Source: Raja brachyura (taxonomy: Eukaryota). Taken from it: a stretch of 64,000 nt of DNA. Below are positions 25,694 through 37,875 of this stretch, piece by piece. A model generated the notes under the pieces. The model was given only the letters and a program-made list of their open reading frames with translations, did not search any database and had not been told where the DNA came from. Each line of letters opens with the position of its first letter. Position 1 is the first letter of the stretch. The stretch spans positions 17,670,001 through 17,734,000 of the forward strand of contig OY740794.1 of assembly GCA_963514005.1 (NCBI GenBank), read 5' to 3'. The position numbers and the translations under genes are program-made.

Positions 25694-26184
25694 TGATTGA
25701 AAAACTGGGTTGGACTTTCTGGCACAGTACTAAACTGGTTTGAATCCTACTTAAAGAATAGGGACTACTTTGCATCTACAGGTGATAACACATCAGAGCG
25801 GACAAATATGACGTGGAGTTCCCCAGGCCTCCATTCTGGGGCCTCTTCTATTTAACATCGACTTGCTCCCACTGGCTCAGATTATGGAAAACAACAAAAT
25901 AAGTTACCATAATTATGCAGACGACACACAAATTTACATAACCAAATCACCATGGGATTATGGTCCAATACGAATACTGAATAAGTGCATCAAACAAATC
26001 AACGTTTGCATGTGCCAAAAATTTCTTCAATTAAACAAAGACAAAACTGAGGTAGTTGTTTTTGGAGCCAAAGAGGAACGATTAAAAGTCAGTGCTCAGC
26101 TTCAATCGGCAATGTTAAAAACCACAGACAAAGCCAGAACTCTTGGTGTAGTCATGGACTCAGACCTGAAATGCAACAGCCATT

Positions 26185-26688
26185 TCCTGGCTGATAGACT
26201 GATTCCAGACTGATTCCTGGGATGTCAGGACTGTCTTATGAACAAAGACTGCATAGACTCGGTTTATACTCTCTAGAATTTAGGAGATTGAGAGGGGATC
26301 TTATAGAAACTTACAAGATTCTTAAGGGGTTGGACAGGCTAGATGCAGGAAGATTGTTCCCGATGTTGGGGACGTCCAGGACAAGGGGTCACAGCTTAAG
26401 GATAAGGGGGAAATCCTTTAGGACCGAGATGAGAAGGAATTTTTTCACACAGAGAGTGGTGGGTCTCTGGAATTCTCTGCCACAGAGGGTAGTTGAGGCC
26501 AGTTCATTGGATATATTTAAGAGGGAGTTAGATGTGGCCCTTGTGGCTAAGGGGATCAGAGGGTATGGAGAGAAGGCAGGTACGGGATACTGAGTTGGAT
26601 GATCAGCCATGATCATATTGAATGGCGGTGCAGGCTCGAAGGGCCGAATGGCCTATTCCTGCACCTAATTTCTATGTTTCTATGTTTC
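26185..26688 (+). mobile_element. CR1 3' fragment inserted in the L2
   Basis: ORF 26222-26593 ([29 protein letters not shown]); (tttctatg)n tail. Confidence 0.92.
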
Positions 26689-28086
26689 AAGACAATCACA
26701 AAATCAGCCAACTATCACCTTAAGAATATATCAAAGGGTTAAAGGACTTATGGTTCAGCAAGATTTGGAAAAATGTGTCCATGCATTTATCCGCAGTAGA
26801 CTTGACTACTGTAACGCTGTCTGCACAGTTCTCCCTAAAAAATCGACTAGACAGCTGCAGGTGATTCAGAACACTGCTGCTCGAGTCCTCTCCAAGACCA
26901 AGAAAGTCGATCGCATCACTCCAGTTTTGAGGTCTTTACACTAACTTCCAGTCTGTCAAAGAATTGATTTCAAACTATGACTGTTGGTTTATAAAGCACT
27001 GAATGGTCTAGCGCCAAAATACATTTCCGATCTTCTGCTACATTATGAACCATCCAGACATCTGAGGTCGTCTGGGACAGGTCTGCTTTCAGTCCCCAGA
27101 GTCAGAACTAAACGTAGAGAAGCAGCGTTTAGTTTTTATGTACCACATAAATGGAACAAACTTCCAGAAAAATGCAGGTCCACTCCAACTCTCAGTTCTT
27201 TTAAATCGGGGCTGAAGACTTTTCTGTTTGACACTGCTTTTAATTAAATTAAATAATTATTAATATCTTACAAGAATAAAAGTTACGGTGCAGTGTATTT
27301 TATACTTGTCTTATTCTATTTTAGCTTGTTTTTATTTTCTATTATTTTTAATGACTGCTTTTAATTGTTTTTTAATGCTTTGTGTATAGCACTTTAAATT
27401 GCCTTGTGGCTGAAATGTGCTATATAAATAAACTTGCTTGCTGAAGAGAAAACTGACGGAGGTTAGACCCCAAATCAAGCATAAGCTAACGATGGCTGCA
27501 ATCCAGACCTGGCAGAGCATCACCAGCAACTGTTGATGTCTATGAATCGCAGACATCAAGCAGTCATTGCATGCAAAGGATATGCAACAAAATACTAAAC
27601 ATGACTACTTTCATTTACATGACATTGCTGTGTCCCAAACATTATGGTGCCCTGAAATGGGGGGACTATGTATAAACACTGCTGTAATTTCTACATGGCG
27701 AAACCAAAATGTATAAAAATGGCCTTTATTAAAATCTGACAATGTGCACTTTAACCACACGTGATTTTTTTCTATTACAAATCTCAAATTGTGGCGTACA
27801 GAGGCAAATAAATAAATGATGGGTCTTTGTTCCAAACATTATGGAGGGACATTGTAACACAGAGTGTCAATAAGGGAAATGTACTTGCTGTGGGACACAT
27901 TAACTTCCAAAAGGCATTCGATAATTTGCCATATAATAAACTTGTCGTTTAGATGGATAGCCATGGAATGTAAGTGGCTACAGAACCACGAACATAAAGT
28001 CTGCTGATTAATCCAGAACAGCAATGCTGGAAGACTGGAGTGGGGTTTCCCCAAGGGTCAGGACAACAGCGACTGCTTTTCTTTAA

Positions 28087-28247
28087 GAAGGAACTGCAGA
28101 TGATGGAAAATCAAAGGTAGACAAAAATGCTGGAGAAACTCTGAAGAAGAATATTCTGAAGAAGGGACTCGACCCGAAACGTTGCCTATTTCCTTCGCTC
28201 CATAGGTGCTGCCTCACCCGCTGAGTTTCTCCAGCATTTTTGTCTAC
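28087..28247. mobile_element. Palindromic Penelope-derived insertion
   Basis: Inverted arms, core at 28156-28183. TSD CTGCTT(T/A)TCTTTAA at 28073-28086 and 28248-28261. Confidence 0.78.
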
Positions 28248-29055
28248 CTGCTTATCTTTAATATATTTTAATGATTTATACAGAGGTGGACAGGATGCAT
28301 TCACAAATTTGGAGATTCTGCAAAAAAAACTTAAAGGCATGGTGAATCGAGAGAACAATCGTTCTGGTTGAATGTGTGGAACGCAAATTTAATGTTGATA
28401 AATATGAAGCGTTATTTTTAAAAAGAAAAAAATGAGAATGCACCATTTCACAAGGAGTACGTGAACAGTGATTGGAAGCACCGTGACTGGACAGGTTGAG
28501 GTAATGTTATACTAACATGCCAGGCCCTGGTCCTTATAGAGGCATGGAACATGAGCAAGGAACTCACAATAAACTTGTGTAAAACACTGGTTCCACAAAT
28601 GAAGTTGCGTGTTCAGCGTTTTGGTCTCATACTTACTGAATAGCCAATGGTTTGGAAAGAATGCAGAATAGTGAGGGTACACAAAAGGCCGGAGAAACTC
28701 AGCGGGAGCAGCAGCATCTAAGGAGCGAAGGAGATAGGCGATGTTTCGGGTCGAGACCCTTCTTCAGACCCTGTAGAATAGTTACTTTGCTTAGCGGGGG
28801 TCAACCGAAGAAGCAACGTTCCTCTCCCAGAAAGAGGGGACGTTTTTAAGATGGAGGGTAAAAACAAAGTAGATAGAGAGAATCGTATCTTATTGCCAAG
28901 GAAGTTATCAATGAGACAAACAAAGAATTGAAGAGCAAAAAGACTATATGCTGTGAGTAGTTGGGCCAGGAGTAGCAGGGAACTCAATGCTTGCATTCAA
29001 ACGGGAATGGATAAGTATTTGAAAGGAAGAATTTGCAAGAAAATGGAGAAAGGTC

Positions 29056-29640
29056 CAACTGGATTTCCATTGGTACTCTGAAACGATATCATTTTTTAAT
29101 TTAGAAAAAATTAGTGACATTGTTGAACCCTTGGTTAAATTTGATAGGACTTGGGGAAGATTTATTCAACATTTTCATTCGACATAAATTGTCCCCTCTC
29201 CAACTGTTATAATATTTTTTTTTACCGTTATCCGGTGGAACTGAGTTGATGACAAACAGGGACTTAATTCATTTCATGAATAATAAATTATTGAAATTCT
29301 TTGCAGCCCAGATTCTGTTTTTGCTTTTTTTCTCTCTTTAGTTTAGGGGGGTTTTGTTTTTTCCTTTTTTCTCTTTTTTTCCCTTCTTTCTTTTAAAAAA
29401 AAATTTTGTTTTTATACAGTTGTTCTCTTTTAAACACTTAACTATATTTACAGAGAGACCGGGAGGTCTATATTCAATATGCATTTTGACACTGGACTCA
29501 TATTTAGCTGATACATGCCATTAATGTAACCCTGATCCCTATATATCAATATCACTGTTATGTTTATCATTATTTATTTGTTTTGTTTTTGCTTTTGAAA
29601 AAAACTAATAAAAAGATTTTAAAAGAAAGAAAGAAAGGAT
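29056..29640 (+). mobile_element. L1-clade LINE 3' fragment
   Basis: Reads LEKISDIVEPLVKFDRTWGRFIQHF-stop, like L1 ORF2 C-termini. T-rich 3' UTR, AATAAA and an A-rich/(gaaa)n tail. Confidence 0.65.
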
Positions 29641-30199
29641 TTATTTTATGTAGAGCTGGGAGCAACGACAGGCAGAATGTCCTTTTTTTAAGAATGATCT
29701 CAATATGGTTGATAAAACCTTGAAATTTATACAAAACAAGAATAGGACACTGCCACCTTCCTCAGGTTTTGACCCAATCTGTAAGTCAAGCAAAACAAGG
29801 CACTTCTCCTCTAATTCCCTGGCACCAGAATGTTGATAGGAGAGACACCTCTCCACTGTCTCCCTGGCACTGATTGATTGGTAAATCTGGCCATCAAATT
29901 TTCAAAACATCAATAATAAATCAGAAAATTCATGTGTCCTATGCGCAGCTCAGTAATGAGATAATCTGAAAATCTTAATGCAATTAAGTTGGGTTTGGTA
30001 TAAGGATGTGCACTCCCCTTTGAAATTTTCTAAAAAGCCCCATGCAAAGCCTTCCATAACACAATGTAGGACAAACTTTAATTCTTCCTTTATAAAATGG
30101 GTGAGGTTTTTTTTTCAAACCTGATTTGCAGTAATAAATATTTGGGTGGAGGATCTCGAGCCAAGCTGCAGCCCCTCCAGAACAAAACGGTGCTAACTT

Positions 30200-30925
30200 G
30201 TGTCTTATCCGTGATCCTGGATCCTGGACTTCCTGACGGGGAGACCCCAGACAGTCCGGATCGGCAGCACCACCACACTGAGCACAGGGGCCCCCAGGGC
30301 TGTGTGCTCTGCCACTGCTGTTCACACTGCTGACTCACAACTGCACTGCGCTGCTCAGCTCGAATCACATCATCAAGTTCGCCGATGACACGACCGTGGT
30401 GGGTCTCATCAACAAGAACGACAAGTCAGCATACAGAGAGGAGGTGAAACAACTGCCAACTTTGTGTAAAGTCAACAACCTGTCCCTGAATGCAGACAAA
30501 ACCAAAGAGATGGTTGTTGACTTTAGGAGAGCACAGAGGGACCATGCGCCACTGGACATCGACGGCTCCCCAGTGGAGATTGTGAAGAACACTAAATTCC
30601 TTGGTGTCCACCTGGTGGAGAACTTAACCTGGTCCCTCCACACCGGCTCCACTGTGAAGAAAGCCCAGCAGCGTCTCCACTTCCTGAGGAAGCGGATGAA
30701 AGCCCACCTCCCGCCCCCCCCCATCCTCATCACATCTTACAGAGGGACTATAGCGGGCATCCTGAGTAGCTGCATGTTTGGCACCATGTGTATAGCGTAA
30801 TATATCTATATATGTAGCATATTGTTCAATTGTGTTCTATGTAGCACCGAGGTTCTAGGGAAACGCTATCTCATTGCACAGTGCACTGTGTATACGGCTG
30901 TAATGACAATAAACCCTCGAATCTT
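30200..30925 (+). mobile_element. Rex1/Babar RT fragment
   Basis: [38 protein letters not shown] and KAQQRLHFLR motifs. Confidence 0.9.
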
Positions 30926-31159
30926 GAAACGTCACCCATTCCTTCTCTCCAAAGATGCTGCCTGTCCCGCTGAGTTACTCCACCATTTTGTGTCTACCAA
31001 GTATTTTTCAGTTGGCCCCAACCAAACGGAAACTGAGAAATGTGCGCATCACACTTCTACGGGAATTCTATGATTTAAACCAGTTACACATTTACCCAAG
31101 AGAAAGAACAATTTTTTGTGAGATACAAAAGAAACTATTACAGAGACATATGTTTATAA

Positions 31160-32020
31160 TATGATACGATAGAACTTCATTTTTCCCAGGGAGGGGGGTG
31201 TGGGGGAGGGATTTGATCTGCCTCAAGATACAGAAAACATGCAACTAAAGTGATGAGTGGAAAGGATTGGGGATGATTTTGGGGAGGGGGGGGGGGAAGA
31301 GAAGAGGGGAGTCAGTCTACGCCATGGCAGAAAGGGGAGGAGTTGTGCAGTTCGATAGCCACGGGGAAGAAAGATCTCCTGTGGCGTTCTGTCTTGCATC
31401 TTGGTGGAACCAGTCTCTTGCTGAAAGTATTCCTCAGGTTGACTAGTGTGTCATGGAGGGGGTGAGCTGTATTGTCCAAGATGCTCCACAGTTTGAGGAG
31501 CATCCTCCCCTCCAAGGCCACCTCCCATAAAACCACCTCCGCACCCAGGACGGAGCCATCCTCCCTAATGCGTTTGTTAATCCTGTTGGCATCCGCGGCC
31601 TTCGCCCCGCTGCCTCAACACACGGCAGCAAAGAAGATGGCACTGGCTACCATCCATTGGTAGAACATCTGCAGCATCTTACTGCAGAAGTTGAAGGAGT
31701 GGAGCCTTCTCAAAAAGTACAGCCGGATCTGTCCCGTCTTTTACAGGGCCTCAGCGTTCCTGGACCAGTCAAGTTTACTGTCCAGGTACACTCCAAGTCA
31801 TTTGTACTCCCTGGTAAACTGCACATCCACACCATTGTTGGAGACAGGGGACAGGGGTGTCCCTCTCCTCCTAAAGTCCATCACAAAGTCTTGTCAGTGT
31901 TGAGCTGCAGGTGATTCAGCCCACACTACTCAAAGTCATTGACTACACCTCTGCCATTCAGCTTCCCTCCCCTCACTGATGCAGCCCACAATTGCAAAGT
32001 CATCCGAGACCTTCTGCAGT
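31160..32020 (-). mobile_element. Rex1/Babar-type LINE 3' fragment (different subfamily)
   Basis: HPLH...PRCKTERHRRSFFP C-terminus; upstream KTKxxVxDFRR and YLGV remnants. Confidence 0.8.
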
Positions 32021-32281
32021 GATTCCCATCATAATTTGAACTCTCTTTCCTCTGGGGTGTAAGTTATGATGGGAATCACTGAAAAATAGTTCCATTAGAG
32101 ATAAAGATAAAAAACAAATTACATTGAATCACTGAGCAACTTAAAAAATGTTTAGACTTTCATAAGCTGTCACTCACTGGTCAGTATTATGAAAATGTCA
32201 TAAATTGTTAATACCCAATAACTAGAACCAGCAGCAATAGTTTTGACCCGACTATTTACCCCAATCTCTTACGTAACTGTG

Positions 32282-32433
32282 TTAAAGAAGGAACTGCAGA
32301 TGCTGGAGAATCGAGGGTACACAAAAGGCTGGAGAAACTCAGCGGGTGCAGCAACATCTAAGGAGCGAAGGAGATAGGCGACGTTCTGAAGAAGGGTCTC
32401 GACCCGAAACGTCTCTCCAGCCTTTTGTGTACC
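32282..32433. mobile_element. Palindromic Penelope-derived insertion
   Basis: Inverted arms, core at 32386-32413. TSD CTCTTAC(G/A)TAACTGTG at 32266-32281 and 32434-32449. Confidence 0.8.
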
Positions 32434-32985
32434 CTCTTACATAACTGTGACTGTTTCAAGATGCCCTCAATGTGAATCAAAAATTCCAAACAGCTTCACA
32501 TTTCTGAATAGGGTTATTATTCTCTGACCAAAACTCCCAGTGGGAGCTGAATTTCAACCTCGGTTGGTAACAGGTCCAAGATAAATTCCCTTTATCTTGC
32601 ACAACACTGAAGAGCACCACACAGCATTTGCAAAGAATATCACATCTATTTGAATCATTGGAATTTATCATACACAAGTATTAAATACTGGGTAGATTAA
32701 AGCCACCTACGTGTGCATTTTTTCTACTGACCCTCCAGCGTACAGCCTATTCATTATTTGTGATGAAATATTTCAGTGCTTCACTCAATTCTAATTTTTA
32801 GGATTAGCCGAAGCACAAGGACTGAAGTTACCTTTGCACTGCTTTTCAAATTCTCATTCCTTTTTCAAATGCAGAATTTTGTTCATTCCATCGTTATTCC
32901 CCCCACCCCCCCCTCCAAAATGGCGGCATGGCGTTGCAGCGGTAGAGGGGCTGCCTCACAGCGACATAGCCACTGTGTGATTTCC

Positions 32986-33480
32986 AGTTTAGTTTAGAGA
33001 TACAGCGCGGAAACAGGCCTTTTGAGTCCACGCCAACCAGTGATCACGTACACTAGTACTATCCCTACACACGAGGGACAATTTACAATCTTTACCGAAG
33101 CCAATAAACCAACAAACCGGTACGTCTTTTGAGTGTGTGAGGAAACTGGAGCTCCTGGATAAAACCCATGCAGCCACGGAAAGAACATACAAACTCCATA
33201 CAGACAGCACCCGTAGTCAGGATCAAACCCAAGTCTCTGGCGCTGTAAGGCAGCAACTCTACCACTGTGCCACCTAATGTCTATGTGGAGTTTGCACGTG
33301 ACCGCGTGTGTGTTTCCTTCCGGTGCTCTGATTTCGTTCCACATCCCAAAGACGTGCAGGTTTGCAGGTTAATTGGCCTCTGTAAATTACCCCTCGTGTG
33401 GTGGAATAACTCGTGTGAATGGACAATGGTCGATGTGGACTCAGTGGGCCCGTTTCCAAGCTCTATCACTAAAACCTTCT
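32986..33480. mobile_element. Two V-SINEs in opposite orientation
   Basis: Minus copy at 32986-33272 followed by a head-less plus copy at ~33275-33480. Confidence 0.75.
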
Positions 33481-34626
33481 AATCTCTGCATGTACGAGAT
33501 TCAATCAAAACATTATGTCCTGCTGTGGAATTGAATGTACAGTATTAGTAACTTTTCAGAGACTAACCAGTTCCAAACTGGGTAACAGCCTTCAACTGTT
33601 CAGAGACCCAAAGGACTAAAACGTTTTATATTTTGAATACTTGTTATTTTTTGCTCATCAGTAAGTCATGGCTGTAAGACACATCACCGGACTTGAACAC
33701 AAACTAAAATGTCAAGAAATTGCAGACAACACTATTGTGTGTTGTAAGCACAAGGCTGCAGACAAACCTCTGAAATATGACTGTGTGTTGAAGGCGAGAA
33801 GGTTTCCAGTGCAAATACTAAAAATGCTCATTCCACCAACAGAAATGCATCATATTTCTTCTTTGTTGAACACTCGCATTTAAACTTGCTAGAGCAGTGA
33901 CTATATTTTCAAGTATGTGATTTTTGGCAAGAGAGCTAAGGTGAATGGTAACTTCCAACACAATTTGGACTTTGCTCTTCCAAACATCATCTGATATAAA
34001 ATGATTATGATCTTGATGAAGAATCAACCTTGACCTTAATTTACTTTCCATTTTACTGCAGGCTTTGAATGAAAATAACCTTTGCCTTTTTTGCGAGTGT
34101 CAACGTTGATGGTGAGAGAGTGAAGATATTTTAAAGCGGTATGCACCTACCGCCTGCTAAGCTTTGCCTGACCCCTACCTCAATTGTCCAGCTTTGCCCT
34201 CGTCCTCCCCGCCACTTCATGAGTATGAAGGGTCCTGTCCCAACACCGTATTTCCCTCCACATATGCTGCTGACCTGCTAGGTTCCTCCGGCACTTCTCC
34301 CCCTTTGGTTAGAAAATAGTTTTGTTGTTGCCCAAGAGTGCCTCACTGCGTGGAGAGTTCTGAAGCACAAGTCCTTAGCACTATCCCAGCCGTTGCAAAA
34401 TGTAGTGCGTTTCTTCACATTTGTGTGAATCAAATTTAAAAGGATTAGAATCATTGGTGATGGGAATGATAAGAATCAAAGGTTGATGACGTACATCACT
34501 ATGAGTGATGTCAAGAATGCCTGCTAATATTACAGCTTTACCGTTGGCATTCACACCTATAAAGATCAGGCATGCAGATTCTTCTTCTCGTTCTCTCTGA
34601 TTGAGCGGAGTTAATCAATTTTCTAA

Positions 34627-34853
34627 AGGGTCTCTCCCACTTTTATGACCTAATTCACAACCTCTGAAGAGTTTGCCCTCGACTCATACTTGAAGCATGG
34701 TCGTCACGAGGTCGTAGGTAGGTCGTAGCAGGTTGTGATGCTAGTCGTAGGTACTCGTGGCATCAAGTAGGTCGGGGCGTTTTTTCAACACGATGAAAAA
34801 TGTCCACGGATATAAAAGGTCGTGAATTAGGTCGTGAAAGTGGGACAGGGGCT
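34627..34853. mobile_element. PIF/Harbinger-type MITE
   Basis: ~35-bp imperfect TIRs (agggtctctcccacttttatgacctaattcacaacct / aggtcgtgaattaggtcgtgaaagtgggacaggggct) with TAA on both sides. Confidence 0.75.
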
Positions 34854-37800
34854 TAAAGAAGTGAACTCGCTTCCTGAACTAACATACTTGGTAGCCTGGT
34901 AAAAGCGCTGAGCAGAAGTTACCCGCAGGGCACCTAATGCAGAGATCCAAAATAAGCCACTACTTTCTTCATCTTCAAATATGCACCCTTTAGACTGGAT
35001 TTCCACTCTACTTAATTCCATCAACAATAATGGACAAACCCAACACTGCCAACCCAGGCGTTCAAAGTTGCAGGTGTAATTAGTGCCTGATTACACATGC
35101 TTCAATGTTCGTGCATCACTAGTGTGAAGGAGTGCCGCGAATGGGGGGAGCACAGCACAGAGAACCAGGTTTGATGCTGATCTCCAATGCTGTCTGTGTG
35201 GTGTTTGCATGTTCTCCCCATGACCGCATAGGTTTCCTCCAGGTGCTCTGGTTTCCTCGCACATCCCAAAGATTATGGGTTTGTAGAGAATGATAATCCT
35301 GCACCTATTGTCCAGTATTGGGGATGATCAGCCATATCACATTGAATGGCGGTGCTGGCTCGAAGCGCCGAATGGCCTACTCCTGCATCTATTGTCTATT
35401 GTAGCTTAATCAGCCTCTAAAATTACCTCAGTGTGTAGGGAATGGAAATAAAAATTGGATAACAGACAGCGATTGGGTGATCGATGGCCAGCGTGCATGC
35501 TGTACATCTAAACTAAATTAAACTGGAAAGCCTCCATTATCTCACGCCATGCACATGGCACAATGCTAACATGTTTCACAAGAAATGATGTGAAACACAA
35601 CCTCTACTGCAGGATGTGAAAGACGGACTAGTCATGAACATTTCTTCACATCGGAAAAAAACACGGTATCAGTGGGAAGGAAAACAGGAAAGAAGAGTTA
35701 ATGTTTTGAATCAGAAGAGCACGAGAGGAAACAAGTTATTATCCCCTTGCATGGCCGGAGTTGGTGGGGTGTTAGGCCAAGGGGACGAAAGGAAGCGGGA
35801 AGGACAAGTGTTTATCTCTAAACTCTGATAAAGTAAAGCCAGCGTTTGCCCAGTGTATCTGGTTAATAGATGAAGGAGTGCAACGTGAGGCAGTGGGAGA
35901 GGCAGTGCAGGAGTCTAACAAAAGGGGCACATGGAAAGCAAGTCACAACTGCTCCCAAAGTTAAAAAAAAAACAGCACCTAATTTTCCATCTGGGCTTGT
36001 TGCAGCCTCTGCACTGAATTCTACAACTTCTCATAACTTTATTTCTCTGCATCAGGCATCCATCTGTGATCTCCCCAGTCACCTCCATCAAGCTTCACAT
36101 TTCACGCCCTTCTCTACTTATCTCACAGCCTTATGTTTTCTTCCAACCTCTGTCCACCTGACGCCAATCAATCCCTGAGCTGTATCCATCTATCACTAGC
36201 CTAACAAAGTCCCGCCTCCATCTCTATCAGTTTCCCCCCCCCTACTACAATGAGTCTGATGGGTCCCAACTGGAAACATGCCTGTCCATGTTCTCCAGAG
36301 ATGCTGCCTGGCCCACTGAGTTACTCCTGCAGTTTGTGTCTTCTCTTTTGTAAACCACCATCTTCAGTTCATAGAGCGAAAGAGTTGCAGCACACAAACA
36401 GGCCCTTCAGCCCAACATGCCCATGCTGACCAAGATGCCCCGCTACATGCCTCCAAACCTTTCCTGTCCTTGAACCAGTTCAAATGTCTTTTAAATGTGG
36501 TGTCTCTAACCTTCTATGATATTGGCTCAGCTCCTTTGTTTCCCCACTCTTCGCGTTCTATTGTCCTCTGGGAATATCTAGCATTATCCAACACACAAGG
36601 GACAATTTTTACCGAAGCCAATTAACCTACAAACCTGTACGTCTTAGGTGTGTGGGAGGAAACCAGAGCGCGCCAGGTTGAACCCGGGTGTCTGGCGCTG
36701 TACGGCAGCAACTGTACTGCTGCGCCACCGTGCCGCACTCTACTACTCCGATAATCTTTTACTGTCATCCTCAAACTACAATTCATTCACTAACGAGAGA
36801 TCCTCGTTCACAACCCGTCCCCAGGGTCACATCCCTTGACCCAATCAGAAAAACCTCCCCTTCCCCCATAGCTTTACAAGCTTCTTGTCACCTTCCCAAA
36901 TTGCCAAAGTCTCTTTGTCCCAAAGCCCTTTCACCGTTCCCCCTTCCCACGGATGCATCCCAACCTGCAAAGTACTTTGCACTTTGTTCTTGTCCAGCAC
37001 TTTGCACCAGCACCTTGTCCAGCACTTTGTTCGTATACTGATATCTTAGCATGACCATCATTCCATATCTTCCACTCGCTGAAATTGGGGACATCAAGGC
37101 TATAGTTTCCGGCATCGCTATCCAGCTGCTCCCTTTCTTTTCCACCGTCTCAGGCCAGAATATACGGAGGTTTACAAACTAAAAATGGACACAAAGCTCT
37201 GGAGTAGCTCAGCGGATCAGGCCGGCACCTCTGGGGAACATGGAGAAGCGATGTTTTGGATCTGGACCCTTCTTCCAACAAGAAAAGTGACCAACTATGC
37301 TTCAGTGCTTCAACTGCCCCCACGTCCTCCTCTTCAATAATGACTGCCCAAAAGCTACCCCCCGCCTTGCATACACTCAATTCTCTTTCTGTTGCCGCTA
37401 CTGGTGAAAGCCAATGGCTTTTGTCACCTCCCAGATCAAATTATAACTCCGAGCCAGGTGTTCCTTTGTCTCCCAAACCGAACCTCTGCCAGGTATTCGA
37501 GCGACATTTCTTTTTGACGCTAAAGCAAGGGAGGGGGGGAGGGCGTTGTCTGACTTAGATGATATCAGGGTGTGTTATGAGTCTTCGTGACCCACAATCA
37601 CAATGGTTTCAACAAAACAGTCTGCCTCTGGTAAAAAAACTCCAAGGAAATACACAGTTCAATGACACAATAAATTTACTAGGTGGACAAGCCTCCACAC
37701 TCAAAAGATGAAACCGTCACATTGCCTAGTTAACGAGAACAAAAAGAAAAAGCAGATGCTTCAAATCCAAAAGAAAATCAAGATGCTACAGTGCCCTCCA

Positions 37801-37875
37801 TAATGTTTGGGACAAAGACCCATCATTTATTTATTTGCCTCAATACTCCACAATTTGAGATTTGTAATAGAAAAA

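Larger units (their letters stand above)
22377..27443 (+). mobile_element. L2-clade LINE (endonuclease + RT, degenerate), itself carrying three insertions
   Basis: IYRPPK, VIVGD, THNKGHTLD, LLDLSAAFD, YADDTQ and SRLDYCN motifs. Ends in aataaa + (cttg)n tail. TGCTG repeated at 22372-22376 and 27439-27443. Confidence 0.9.
21259..27854 (+). mobile_element. Tc1-like transposon copy 1 (21259-22376 and 27444-27854), interrupted by an L2 LINE
   Basis: TIR cagtgccctccataatgtttgggacaaagacccatc with its inverse at ~27815-27854, followed by TA. Transposase fragments WTDKTK, KHSGG, LQQDNDPKH and WPSQSPDLNPIE. Confidence 0.92.
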
